Source: Candidatus Eiseniibacteriota bacterium (lineage in GTDB: Bacteria; Eisenbacteria; RBG-16-71-46; CAIMUX01; VGJL01). From it: 64,000 nucleotides of DNA. This document shows positions 32,218 through 41,762 of the stretch, one piece after another; the first letter of the stretch is position 1, and the number at the start of each line of letters is the position of its first letter. Where the stretch lies: the NCBI GenBank assembly GCA_041946735.1, contig JBHGAY010000013.1, positions 68,140 through 132,139 on the forward strand, in the 5' to 3' direction. Under the pieces are notes generated by a model. The model worked only from the letters and a program-made list of their open reading frames with translations. It had not been told where the DNA came from and ran no database searches. A program made the translations under genes and the position numbers.

Positions 32218-32937
32218 ATGGGATCGCCATTCGCACCGCGTGAGGATCGCGCGCTGACACAGCCGCCACCGTCAGCCGCGCCGATCGTCGAAGGCAGGAG
32301 GACACGCGTCCTCGCCGGGATCACGGTCATCGACACCCCCCTGATCACTCGAGCCCTGGACCTTGCCCGGGAATGTTCCGAGCCGGTGCTCTTCAACCAC
32401 GCCGTTCGATCCTGGCTCTTCGCAGTCCGGCTCGGGCAGCTCCGGGGCATTGGCCACGACGAGGAAGTCGTCGCCGTCGGCGCGCTTCTCCACGACCTCG
32501 GCCTCACGGACCGCTTCTCGGGTGGTCACCGGCGCTTCGAGGTCGAGGGAGCCGACGCCGCGCGTGGTTTTGCCCGCGAGGAGGGCCTCGACGAACACCG
32601 CGTGCGGCTCGTGTGGGATGCGGTAGCGTTCAACTCCACTCCATCGCTCGGCCTGCACAAGGAGGTCGAAGTCGCGCTCTGCACCGCCGGGATCGCGCTC
32701 GATTTCGGCGGCCTCCAGTACGACCAGATCCCACCGGACGACATGAAGAGCATCCTCGCCGCCTTCCCCCGTCTCTCGATGAAGCGCTCCTTCACCGATT
32801 CCGTCTGCCGCATCGCGGGGACCCGGCCGGAGACGACCTACGACAATTTCGCGCGCGACTTCGGGGAGCGGTTCGTGCCGGGGTACAGAGCGCCGTCGAC
32901 GGTGGACTTTCTGATGAACGCTCCCTTCGAAGAGTAG
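32218..32937 (+). CDS. HD-domain hydrolase (cyanamide hydratase-like)
   Basis: FNHAVRS, LLHDLG, RFEVEGADAA. Confidence 0.85.
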   Translation: MGSPFAPREDRALTQPPPSAAPIVEGRRTRVLAGITVIDTPLITRALDLARECSEPVLFNHAVRSWLFAVRLGQLRGIGHDEEVVAVGALLHDLGLTDRFSGGHRRFEVEGADAARGFAREEGLDEHRVRLVWDAVAFNSTPSLGLHKEVEVALCTAGIALDFGGLQYDQIPPDDMKSILAAFPRLSMKRSFTDSVCRIAGTRPETTYDNFARDFGERFVPGYRAPSTVDFLMNAPFEE

Positions 32938-33033
32938 TCCAAGGCGGTTTTGCTGACGGAGTCGCGGGGCAGCGCGTGCGCGCGAGAAACGCGCGGACGC
33001 GGATCCCATACATGCAGCCAACGGAGGCACATC

Positions 33034-33792
33034 ATGAAGATCGTCGTCATCGGCGGCACCGGACTGATCGGATCCAAGCTTGTCCCGAAGCTTCGGGAGC
33101 AGGGTCAGGACGTGGTGCCTGCGTCACTCGACTCCGGCGTCAACACGGTCACGGGGGAAGGCCTGGATGAATCGCTGAGGGGCGCCTCGGTAGTCGTCGA
33201 CGTGTCGAACTCCCCCTCTCTGGACGGCGCCGCGGCGTTGGCGTTTTTCGAGACGTCGACCCGCAATCTCCTCGCGGCCGAAACCGCCAACGGGGTACGG
33301 CATCATGTCGCCCTGTCGATCGTGGGAGCCGAGCGCATGCCCGACAGCGGCTATATGCGCGCGAAGGTCGCCCAGGAGAAGCTGATCAAGGGCTCGACGA
33401 TTCCGTATTCGATCGTCCATGCCACCCAGTTCTTCGAGTTCACCAAGAGAATCGCCGCCGGCGCGAGCGACGGCGATCAGGTCCGTCTCGCCCCGGTGCT
33501 CATGCAGCCGATGGCGGCCGATGACGTGGCAAGCGCTTTGTGCAGGATCGCCGTGGGCGAGCCGGTGAATGGCACCGTCGAGGTCGCCGGGCCCGAGCGC
33601 TTCCGCTTCGACGAGTTCATCGGACAGGGCCTCAGGGCGTTGAGCGATCCACGCGAAGTCGTCGTCGATCCGCAGGCGCTCTACTTCGGCGCGGAGCTGA
33701 CCGAGCGCACCCTCGTTCCCGATGACGGCGCGCAACTCGGCGAGACTCGCTTCGAGGACTGGCTCGACCGGCAGGTCGCTCAGAGGCGGTAG
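33034..33792 (+). CDS. NmrA-like/atypical SDR NAD(P)-binding protein
   Basis: MKIVVIGGTGLIG, YMRAK, ATQFFEF. GGAGG RBS. Confidence 0.9.
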   Translation: MKIVVIGGTGLIGSKLVPKLREQGQDVVPASLDSGVNTVTGEGLDESLRGASVVVDVSNSPSLDGAAALAFFETSTRNLLAAETANGVRHHVALSIVGAERMPDSGYMRAKVAQEKLIKGSTIPYSIVHATQFFEFTKRIAAGASDGDQVRLAPVLMQPMAADDVASALCRIAVGEPVNGTVEVAGPERFRFDEFIGQGLRALSDPREVVVDPQALYFGAELTERTLVPDDGAQLGETRFEDWLDRQVAQRR

Positions 33793-34359
33793 GTTGGCCG
33801 CGCCGGAGCCCACGGTCCTCCGGCCCGGCGGCTCCGCGCTGGATCGCAAGAGAGCGGCCCCGAGTCCGGGGTCGGGCTAAGCTGCGGGGCGGTCGGACCC
33901 TCGGCCGGGGGGCAGGTGGCCACCCACTCCTGGTCGCTCCATCGGCCTTGTCCTCGAACACCTTCAGAGCGGCGAGCACCGCCTCGCAGGCCGACTGGAC
34001 GGCGCTCACGAGCTTGGGGTCAACGCCGTCGCCGAGTAGCGCAGGCGCGGGCAGTGACAGCCCCCCGCTTCGATCTGGGTTCATTCCGCTTCCTCGGGTT
34101 CATTCCCGCTTCCTCGTGGCCGATGGCGTGATAGGCTCCCCCGATTGGGTTGAAGGGGGTGATTTGCACGGCCCCCGGTTCTGATCAAACGGACTGGGGA
34201 ACCACGCCACCGCCTCCTCGAGGACAACTCTCCAGCGGCCGCGTGGGAGGCGACCTTGTCCACTTCGCCAGACCGCGAACCGATGGAGACGTGCGTGTCC
34301 GTCGACATCGGCAATCCTGCTGTAGAGATCGAGCACCTGATCGTGGTTGAGCCCCGACC

Positions 34360-37300
34360 ATGACTCCCGAGCCCACGGATCGCTTTGCCCGGTTGAAGCA
34401 GATGTTCCTCGAAATGCGTGAGCACTCTCTCCAGGAGAGGGCATCCCGCCTCAGCGAACTCGCCCGTTCGGATCCCGCCCTTCGTGCCGAGATTGCGTCT
34501 CTGCTGGCACAGGACTCGATGAGCTTCGACATCGCTCCCGTTCGGGACCTGGAAGACCTTCTGAGATCTCTGCACGTCGATTCTCCGGACGTCTCCGAAC
34601 CGCCGGACAGGATTGGCCCCTATTCGATCAAGGGGATCCTCGGTAGCGGCGGCATGGGCGTGGTCTATCGCGCGGTCCAGACGGAACCGATTCGCCGAGA
34701 AGTCGCCGTCAAGGTCGTCCACAGGATCCTCGACTCCCGGCAGGTGATGAGCCGTTTCGAGTCCGAGCGTCAGGCCCTGGCCATGATGGATCACCCGCAC
34801 ATAGCCAGAGTGCTGGATGCCGGCTCCGACCAGCGCGGACATCCCTACTTCGTGATGGAGTTAGTGAACGGGGTACCGATCACGGAGTACGTGAAGAGCG
34901 CGCAGCTGTCCGTCCGACGGCGCCTGGAACTGTTCCGATCCGTGTGCCGGGCGGCGCATCACGCCCATACGAAAGGGATCATCCATCGGGATCTGAAACC
35001 TTCGAACATCCTGATCTGCACCCACGATGGGTGCCCGATTCCCAAGATCATCGACTTCGGCGTCGCCAAGGCCTCCGAGGTCCGGGAGCAGGCTGCGACC
35101 CTGACCCGCCAAGGTCAGCTCCTTGGGACCCTCGAGTACATGAGTCCCGAACAGGCAGGGGGAGCGCCAGGGGACGTGGACACCCGAAGCGATGTCTATT
35201 CGCTGGGCGTGGTTCTCTACGAGCTTTTGACCGGCTCTCTACCTTATGACATTCGAGGGCTTTCCCTGATCGAAGCGGTGCGCACGATAGCGACTGCTCC
35301 ACCGCGCGCGCTTCACGCGTCGGCAGAGGGGGGCCAACGATTCGACCCCGATCTCGAGACGATCGTCGGGAAGGCGCTCGAGAAGGTTCCCGACCGCCGT
35401 TACGGCAGCGCGGCGGCGCTCGGCGAGGACGTGGATCGATTCCTCCACTCGCAGCCGATCCTGGCGCGACCGCCGAGCGCGATCTATCAGCTTCGGAAGC
35501 TCGCGGCGCGCCACAGGGCGGGCGTGGCCGTCGCCGCAACAGCGGTGGTTCTCCTGATCGCCTTCGGCGCCGCCATGTCGATCGAGGCGGGGGCGCAGCG
35601 GCGGGAGCGTGCTCGGGCCGAGGCCGAGGCGCGCAAGGCGGAGCGGGTGAGCACGTTCCTGCAGAACATGCTGGCCTCGGCGGACCCGGCGGTGAAGGAC
35701 GTCGATGTCCGCGTCCGTGACGTTCTGGACGACGCGGTCCGCGAGGCCGACTTCAATCCGCCGGAAGATCCCGAACTCGAATCCGCGGTGCGACGCACAA
35801 TCGGCAACACCTATCTCGCGCTCGGGCTGTATGAGAAGGCCGAGAGTCAGCTCCGCCTTGCGCTCGATCTCAGCAAGCAGATCGTTCCCCGAGACCGAGG
35901 ACTCATGGCGCAGAGTCTGTCCGATCTTGCCGAATGCCGGTTGAGCGGCGATGTCGATGTTTCGGACCTGGCCGCTGCGGACACGTTGGTCGAACAAGCC
36001 CTCGCGATCCGGCTCGATCTCCGAGGTGCGGAGCACCCGGAAGTGGCGGCCAGTCTCTTTCAGCTCGGACGGCTCCGCGATGCACAAGGGAAGATCTCCG
36101 AAGCCGAGTCCCTGCAGGCGCGCGTTCTGATCCTCCGGGAGAGGATGCTGGGGAGGACGCACCCTGATGTCGCCAAGAGCCTCATCACGCTTGCCTATCT
36201 GGTGCCGGATCCCGAGCAGGGGGTGGCCCACATGCGCCGGGCTCTGGACATCTGCCTGTCCAACCACGCAGGAGACCACCCGGACGTCGCCTCGGCCTTT
36301 GCCAATGTCGCCAACTTCGTGGCGTACAGAACGGGCAACACTGCCGAAGCCGAGTCGCTCCAGATTCGAGCGCTCGAAATGCAGCGCCGGATGTGGGGAG
36401 ATCGGCACCCGGAGACGGCGGGAGCCATGGGGCAGCTGGGTCATATCTACGCCGATCAATCGCGGTTCGCGGAAGCAGAGTCACTCATGCGGCGCGCGCT
36501 CAGGATCCAGGTCGAACTTCATGGCGCGAACAGCGTCCCCGTGGCCCTCGCCCACCAGGATCTTGCGAGGGTCATTGCACTCGAGGGAGACCTCCAAAGT
36601 GCAGAGTCGAGCTACAGGAGATCGGTGTCCATCCTGCGGGAGAAGCTGCCCGGAGGCGAGCCGCTGGCGATCGCGCTGCACTACCTGGCCTCGGTCCTGG
36701 GAAACGAGGAGAAGGACGGAGAAACGATCGATGCTTTTCGGGAATCCGTTCAAATCCTGAAAGCCATCCGGCCCAATCACAGTCAGTTGGGCTGGCTGAA
36801 CACAGCCATGGGTAACTTCCTCATTGTTCGAGGTCGATACACCGAGGCTGAGCCCGTCCTCCGCGAGGCGCTCGCACTTCACAAGGCCGCTTTCGGTGAG
36901 AGAAACTCCGGCATCGCGCTGATCTACGCCAACCTCGGTCGCGCCCTCCACGGGTTGGACAGCCTCAACGCGGCAGAGACCATGTACAGAACCTCCCTCG
37001 CCATCCACGAGCGCGTGGACGGCGCGGACTCGTGGAGCTTCAACCACATGATTACGTTGGGAAACCTCGGCAGGTGCCTGAACCACCAGGGACGGCTGGA
37101 AGAGGCTGAGGCGGTCCTCCGTCAGACCGAAGCGCGATGGCGTGCCGTCGCACCTGAACATCCTCAGCACATCTTCACGCTGGTGTCCCTTGGGTCGCTT
37201 CTGGTCGACCGCGGCATGTATGCGGAAGCCGATTCTACGCTGCGCCGAGCCCACAGAGCCCTGGAGCGCATCGCCGATCCGCGCGTCGGAGACCTCTCCC

Positions 37301-37500
37301 ATTGTCGCAACGCCCTGGCCGCCTGCCGCGCGGCCCAGGGAAGGACCGCAGAGGCGGACAGCCTCTTTCGTCTCAGCTCGCCACAAGCGTGGACTGCCAG
37401 GCTCTCCCCAGCGGCCCGGCGGATCGCTCGTGCGCGAGCCCTGCGCTTCTACGAGGGGCAAGGAAGCGCGGAAATGGTCGGGCGCATCCGCTCGTCATGA
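34360..37500 (+). CDS. Membrane Ser/Thr protein kinase with C-terminal TPR repeats (paralog 1)
   Basis: GSGGMG, VAVK, HRDLKPSN, DFG, YMSPEQ, one TM segment, HP.VA TPR units. Confidence 0.95.
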   Translation: MTPEPTDRFARLKQMFLEMREHSLQERASRLSELARSDPALRAEIASLLAQDSMSFDIAPVRDLEDLLRSLHVDSPDVSEPPDRIGPYSIKGILGSGGMGVVYRAVQTEPIRREVAVKVVHRILDSRQVMSRFESERQALAMMDHPHIARVLDAGSDQRGHPYFVMELVNGVPITEYVKSAQLSVRRRLELFRSVCRAAHHAHTKGIIHRDLKPSNILICTHDGCPIPKIIDFGVAKASEVREQAATLTRQGQLLGTLEYMSPEQAGGAPGDVDTRSDVYSLGVVLYELLTGSLPYDIRGLSLIEAVRTIATAPPRALHASAEGGQRFDPDLETIVGKALEKVPDRRYGSAAALGEDVDRFLHSQPILARPPSAIYQLRKLAARHRAGVAVAATAVVLLIAFGAAMSIEAGAQRRERARAEAEARKAERVSTFLQNMLASADPAVKDVDVRVRDVLDDAVREADFNPPEDPELESAVRRTIGNTYLALGLYEKAESQLRLALDLSKQIVPRDRGLMAQSLSDLAECRLSGDVDVSDLAAADTLVEQALAIRLDLRGAEHPEVAASLFQLGRLRDAQGKISEAESLQARVLILRERMLGRTHPDVAKSLITLAYLVPDPEQGVAHMRRALDICLSNHAGDHPDVASAFANVANFVAYRTGNTAEAESLQIRALEMQRRMWGDRHPETAGAMGQLGHIYADQSRFAEAESLMRRALRIQVELHGANSVPVALAHQDLARVIALEGDLQSAESSYRRSVSILREKLPGGEPLAIALHYLASVLGNEEKDGETIDAFRESVQILKAIRPNHSQLGWLNTAMGNFLIVRGRYTEAEPVLREALALHKAAFGERNSGIALIYANLGRALHGLDSLNAAETMYRTSLAIHERVDGADSWSFNHMITLGNLGRCLNHQGRLEEAEAVLRQTEARWRAVAPEHPQHIFTLVSLGSLLVDRGMYAEADSTLRRAHRALERIADPRVGDLSHCRNALAACRAAQGRTAEADSLFRLSSPQAWTARLSPAARRIARARALRFYEGQGSAEMVGRIRSS

Positions 37501-37784
37501 GGCGAGCCTGACGCGCCGCTGGGAACCTGTCGCACGAAGCTGCCGTATCGAACGTCCGGCCGGCCGATGAGCTGAGGAACCACGGCCGCTGGCGGGTCTC
37601 GCCTTCGGTCATCGGGCGAAATCCTCGGTCGCCACAACTTCATTTGCGTACTCCAGCCGGGTTCCACGCATGTCGAGCAGTAGCCGTCCTGGCATTTGCC
37701 TTGCGGCGAAAGCGGCCGCCGACTTGCAGAGGACCCCGGGAATCGCCTCGCTTCGCGGAAAGCGACGGCGATCGTGGAGGAACG

Positions 37785-39044
37785 ATGAATCGACTCGCAA
37801 CCATGGCGCGAGGACAGACGGCCGGGCGGACCCTGCTCGCCTTGATGTGGACGGCTCTTCTGGCCGGCTGCGCTGAACGCGACCCCGAGCGGCTGCCGAC
37901 GGAGCCGCAGACCGTGGAGACGGACCAGATCCTGCCACCCGCCTCCCCGTCTCCGGGATCGACATCCTCAGGAACGATGGACGCTGATGAAGAGCAACCA
38001 GGAACGCCCTCGACCGAACCGCCCGCGACGGTTGAAGAAGAGGCCACAGAGCCCGGGCCTGTCGAGGAGGTGGAAGCCGATCGGATGGCCGAGTCGGGAC
38101 CATCGAGCCGGCTTCCCTCCTGGGAGGACATTCGCGAGGACGATTTCGGCCTGCCACCGGCAGAGCCGGAAGTCGACCCGGGCTGGATCCACAATCTCGA
38201 GCCAGGCGAGCTTTGTGGAACCTATCAGCGCTACGTGGCGCAACTCGCCCTCCAGGGAATGAGCCCGCTCACGGGAATTTGCGAGTTGGGCGCCTGCGAT
38301 GACGCGGTCACCCGCGACCTGTCGATCCCGGATCCGAGCGCCCCGTTCAAGACCTACTTCCTCAGCATCCACGTCTTCTGCGAGAAGAACGGCACGAACT
38401 GCACCGCCACCCAGGCGGCGATCGACGCGGACATCAGCCAGCTGAACGAGAACTTCGCGCCATGGCGCATGCGCTTCGAGTATGAGACCGACTTCATCCG
38501 CGACGCCAAGTATCGAGTGCTGAGTTCCAGCGAGGAAGGCTCGATGAAGCGTCGCTACGCGAAGTCGCCGGCCACGAAGCTGAACATCTACGTGGTCGAC
38601 GTGGAAAACGTCGGAATGTCCTGGGGAACGTTCCCCTGGGATTCTGGCGCGCTGACTTACCAGGGGGGCATCGTCCTCGACATGGCACATGTCGGGCGCT
38701 ATCAGATTCTCTCGCACGAGGTCGGACACTGCGTCGGTCTCTGGCACACCTTCCACGGGGTCTCGGAGGTCGAGCTTTGCTCCGACTGCTATGAGCCGGC
38801 CGGTCGGAGCCTGGAGCAGGGGGACGTGACGGGCGACCTGTGTTCGGACACCGCTCCGACCCCGAGCTGGAGCGGCTGCTATGACCCGGGCACGGGCGAT
38901 ACGTGCACCCTGCTCCCCTGGGGAGAGACTCCTTGGCAGAACTACATGGGATACGGCCACGCCTGCAGGATCGAGTTCACGCGGCAGCAGGCTGGCCGGA
39001 TGCACTGCTGGACGGAGGATCGACTGAACGGCTGGTTGCGCTGA
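37785..39044 (+). CDS. Lipoprotein zinc metalloprotease, M43 (pappalysin/ulilysin) family
   Basis: Lipobox LAGC, acidic/Pro linker, LNIY, HEVGHCVGLWHTF, Met-turn NYMGY. Confidence 0.88.
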   Translation: MNRLATMARGQTAGRTLLALMWTALLAGCAERDPERLPTEPQTVETDQILPPASPSPGSTSSGTMDADEEQPGTPSTEPPATVEEEATEPGPVEEVEADRMAESGPSSRLPSWEDIREDDFGLPPAEPEVDPGWIHNLEPGELCGTYQRYVAQLALQGMSPLTGICELGACDDAVTRDLSIPDPSAPFKTYFLSIHVFCEKNGTNCTATQAAIDADISQLNENFAPWRMRFEYETDFIRDAKYRVLSSSEEGSMKRRYAKSPATKLNIYVVDVENVGMSWGTFPWDSGALTYQGGIVLDMAHVGRYQILSHEVGHCVGLWHTFHGVSEVELCSDCYEPAGRSLEQGDVTGDLCSDTAPTPSWSGCYDPGTGDTCTLLPWGETPWQNYMGYGHACRIEFTRQQAGRMHCWTEDRLNGWLR

Positions 39045-39119
39045 TCGAACCGCGAAGGGGCAAGCGGCTGTCCGTCGCCCCCGCGACGGGCAGCCACATG
39101 TGAGAGACAAGGAGGCACC

Positions 39120-40115
39120 ATGCGAGCCCAAAGTCTGATACCGAGGTTCTTCGGGACTCTTTTGTTTTTGGCTTTCACCGCACCGGCCGAGGCGGTCCTG
39201 CTCTACGACGTGGACTTCGGAACCCCGCCGCACACGGCCGGGCAACCGCCCGTCACGGGGACCGGCCCTGCCCCACGGGAGACGCCGACGGAGATCCGTT
39301 TCGGCGACCCGAAGGTCGTCGCGGTGTTCGCGGACCTGACCGATCAACCGTGTGGTTTCGGGAACGGCACGCCCGGGTACGACCAGCTCAGATTCGGCGT
39401 CGGCACCAACGACGCGGATGGCTTCCCCGAGGACTACGATGACTACTACTTCTCCCTCGACGTGGTGATCGGGGTCCTCGAAGGCGACATCTTCATCGTC
39501 TACTTCGATGCACCCACCATCAACAGACTGGATTTCCGGGACAACGGTGACATCCGGGAGTACAGCAGCGACACGGTCATCGGCTCCTGGGACGCAGGCG
39601 TCACGGTCCACGTGGAGATCCACTTCGACCTGGCGAACGCGATCTGGGAGATCTGGCTGGACGGTGATCTTGCGTACACCGGCCCCGTGTCGACGGACGG
39701 GAAGCTGCGTTCGATCCGACTCCACCAGCGCGGGACGAACGCGGCGAACGGCGCGGCCGCCGACGACTTCCTCCTCTACGGCGGCGAGCCTCCCACAAGC
39801 GACGTGCATGCGCTTGAAGGAGCCTCCGCCTTCGCCCTGGGCCGGACGCTGCCCCCGCTTCCGAATCCCGCGACCGATGCCGTGACGATCCGCTGGACGG
39901 CGAGGGAGTCGGTGGCGGTCCAGCTAGAGATCACCGACTTGGCCGGACGGCGGGTGTGGACGAGCAGGGCGGGCGGCGGCCCGGCGGGCCTCCTCTCCGC
40001 GAGGTGGGACGGCCGGGACGCACAGGGCCGCGTGCTACCCTCGGGCGCCTACATTGTCCGGGTCCTTGCGGAGGGCGAGATCCTGGGCGTCGAGAAGATC
40101 GTCCTGCGGCGCTGA
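39120..40115 (+). CDS. Secreted beta-sandwich protein with FlgD-like C-terminal domain
   Basis: Signal peptide, tail PNP...DLAGRRV...WDGRD...SGAY. AAGGAGG RBS. Confidence 0.8.
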   Translation: MRAQSLIPRFFGTLLFLAFTAPAEAVLLYDVDFGTPPHTAGQPPVTGTGPAPRETPTEIRFGDPKVVAVFADLTDQPCGFGNGTPGYDQLRFGVGTNDADGFPEDYDDYYFSLDVVIGVLEGDIFIVYFDAPTINRLDFRDNGDIREYSSDTVIGSWDAGVTVHVEIHFDLANAIWEIWLDGDLAYTGPVSTDGKLRSIRLHQRGTNAANGAAADDFLLYGGEPPTSDVHALEGASAFALGRTLPPLPNPATDAVTIRWTARESVAVQLEITDLAGRRVWTSRAGGGPAGLLSARWDGRDAQGRVLPSGAYIVRVLAEGEILGVEKIVLRR

Positions 40116-40249
40116 GGGGTGTGCGAAGGAGCATGCGGGCCAGCGGGCCATTGCGGCCATTGCGCGCCGAACATTCGAAGATGCGGCCCAACGTGCGGGT
40201 AGGCGGCTCGCGCCTCCACGGGTCAGACTGAAGCCGAGGAGGTGACCCC

Positions 40250-40402
40250 ATGATCCGCAAACTGAAGTCCGGCGAGTACCGCCTTTATTCGCGCAAGAAG
40301 GATCCGAAGACCGGCAAGCGGCGCAACCTCGGGACGTTCAAGACGCAGGCCGCCGCGCGGAAGCACGAGCGCGCGGTCCAGTTTTTCAAACGGAGGGGTT
40401 GA
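40250..40402 (+). CDS. Small basic protein (50 aa), below the ORF-track cutoff
   Basis: GAGGAGGTGA RBS then MIRKLKSGEYRLYSRKKDPKTGKRRNLGTFKTQAAARKHERAVQFFKRRG*, GC3-rich codons. Confidence 0.85.
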   Translation: MIRKLKSGEYRLYSRKKDPKTGKRRNLGTFKTQAAARKHERAVQFFKRRG

Positions 40403-41100
40403 GTTGAGTCCTCAGGCGCGTCGGCCCTTCAGCGGTAGTTCGCCTTGATCCGTCATCCTACGAATCGGGGCATCCCCGCCGCCGATCGGCTGGAATGCCC
40501 CGGAGATGTTGGATCAGAGCGACTCGAAGGCGCCGCAGACTGATCCCCGCCAGCCGTCAACGGTGCCGTTTCGTCCGTGCGGCCAACTGCCATGAGGGTC
40601 AAGATCGACATTGTGGCCTAGCATCGTACTCCGCATTGTTTCGCTCCTCTGAGCGACATCGACCTTCATGGTCGAAGATGATTGTAATGATCCGCACAGC
40701 CTCGATCGGTCGCGCTACCGGGACTGAAGACTGCTTCTGTCTCCCGCAACATCCCGTGCTGAGAGTCGGTTCAACGGAGGCATGCGTCTTTCCGGGCGCC
40801 GAAGCGCAAGCGGATGATCTGGCGGCCGGGCGGAGCCGGTTCCGTGTTCGCCTCGACCGTGTTCGGAACCGTCACCGGGCCAGCTGGGGGTCTGTCTGGG
40901 CAAATTGCTGTGCCGCTCCGGGATGCCCTCCTGTGCAAGGGGTCACGAAGAAGCTGGGCACCGCCGGTAGCGCAGGTGCTGCGGCGAAAGACAGAGTGCC
41001 ATTGCTCCCGGGCTGTGCTACCTTCGTCGGTTTCGGAAAAGACGGATGGATGTCAACGCGCATCGAGAACGTACGTCGCGTGAATGGGAGCGGCCGTTTC

Positions 41101-41676
41101 ATGAGCACTCGGCAGCGTCCGGAACTGACGAACATGCTGCTTTCGATCGTCCCCGGGGACTCGACCAGAGACGCGCAGGAGGAGATCTTCCGGGAGGTGT
41201 ACGACGAGCTCCGCGGGCTGGCGGCGTCGCTCCTACGCCGTGAGCGTCCCGGACACACCCTCCAGCCGACAGCCCTTGTCCATGAAGCCTATCTCCGATT
41301 GGTCGATCACGATCGCGTCCCCTGGCACGGACGGGCACACTTCTTCGGTGCGGCCGCCCGGGCGATGCGTCAGATCCTGGTTGACCATGCACGCAGGAGG
41401 AACGCCGCCAAGCGGAGCCCCGGGCGATACCGAGTGACCCTCGACGACAATCTGGCGGGACCGCCGGACTCTGCGATCGAGATCCTCGCTCTCGACGACA
41501 TGCTGACCCGGCTCGCGGCCCTGGATGCTCGGATGGCTCGGATCGTCGAGCTTAGGATCTTCGGCGGGCTGTCGATCGACGAGTCCGCCCAGGTCCTTGG
41601 AGTGTCGGCCCGAACCGTCGACGGAGACTGGTCTATGGCGAAGAAGTGGATTCGCCGGGAACTGACGAGGGAATGA
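41101..41676 (+). CDS. ECF sigma factor of the kinase-associated type (TIGR02999/ECF43-like)
   Basis: VYDELR.LA, HTLQPTALVHEAYLRL, AMRQILVDHAR, VELRIFGGL. Directly upstream of a kinase. Confidence 0.93.
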   Translation: MSTRQRPELTNMLLSIVPGDSTRDAQEEIFREVYDELRGLAASLLRRERPGHTLQPTALVHEAYLRLVDHDRVPWHGRAHFFGAAARAMRQILVDHARRRNAAKRSPGRYRVTLDDNLAGPPDSAIEILALDDMLTRLAALDARMARIVELRIFGGLSIDESAQVLGVSARTVDGDWSMAKKWIRRELTRE

Positions 41677-41762
41677 TGCGCGGGACCCGAGCCGCTTCCT
41701 GCGCCTGCCGCGGCCCAGCGAGCGATGAACTTCCGGGAAGTCTCCACTAGAGAAGCCCTACC

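Noticed and set aside
33632..34360. Minus-strand ORF 33632..34084 and a roughly 20-bp direct duplication near 34077-34116
   Set aside because: A short helical-looking stretch may be a gene remnant, but I cannot assign a family and the ORF overlaps the NmrA-like gene. No decayed ECF is recognisable upstream of kinase 1.
40495..41100. 200-aa N-terminal extension of the ECF sigma factor
   Set aside because: Atypical composition and no domain features. Family similarity begins at the ATG at 41101.
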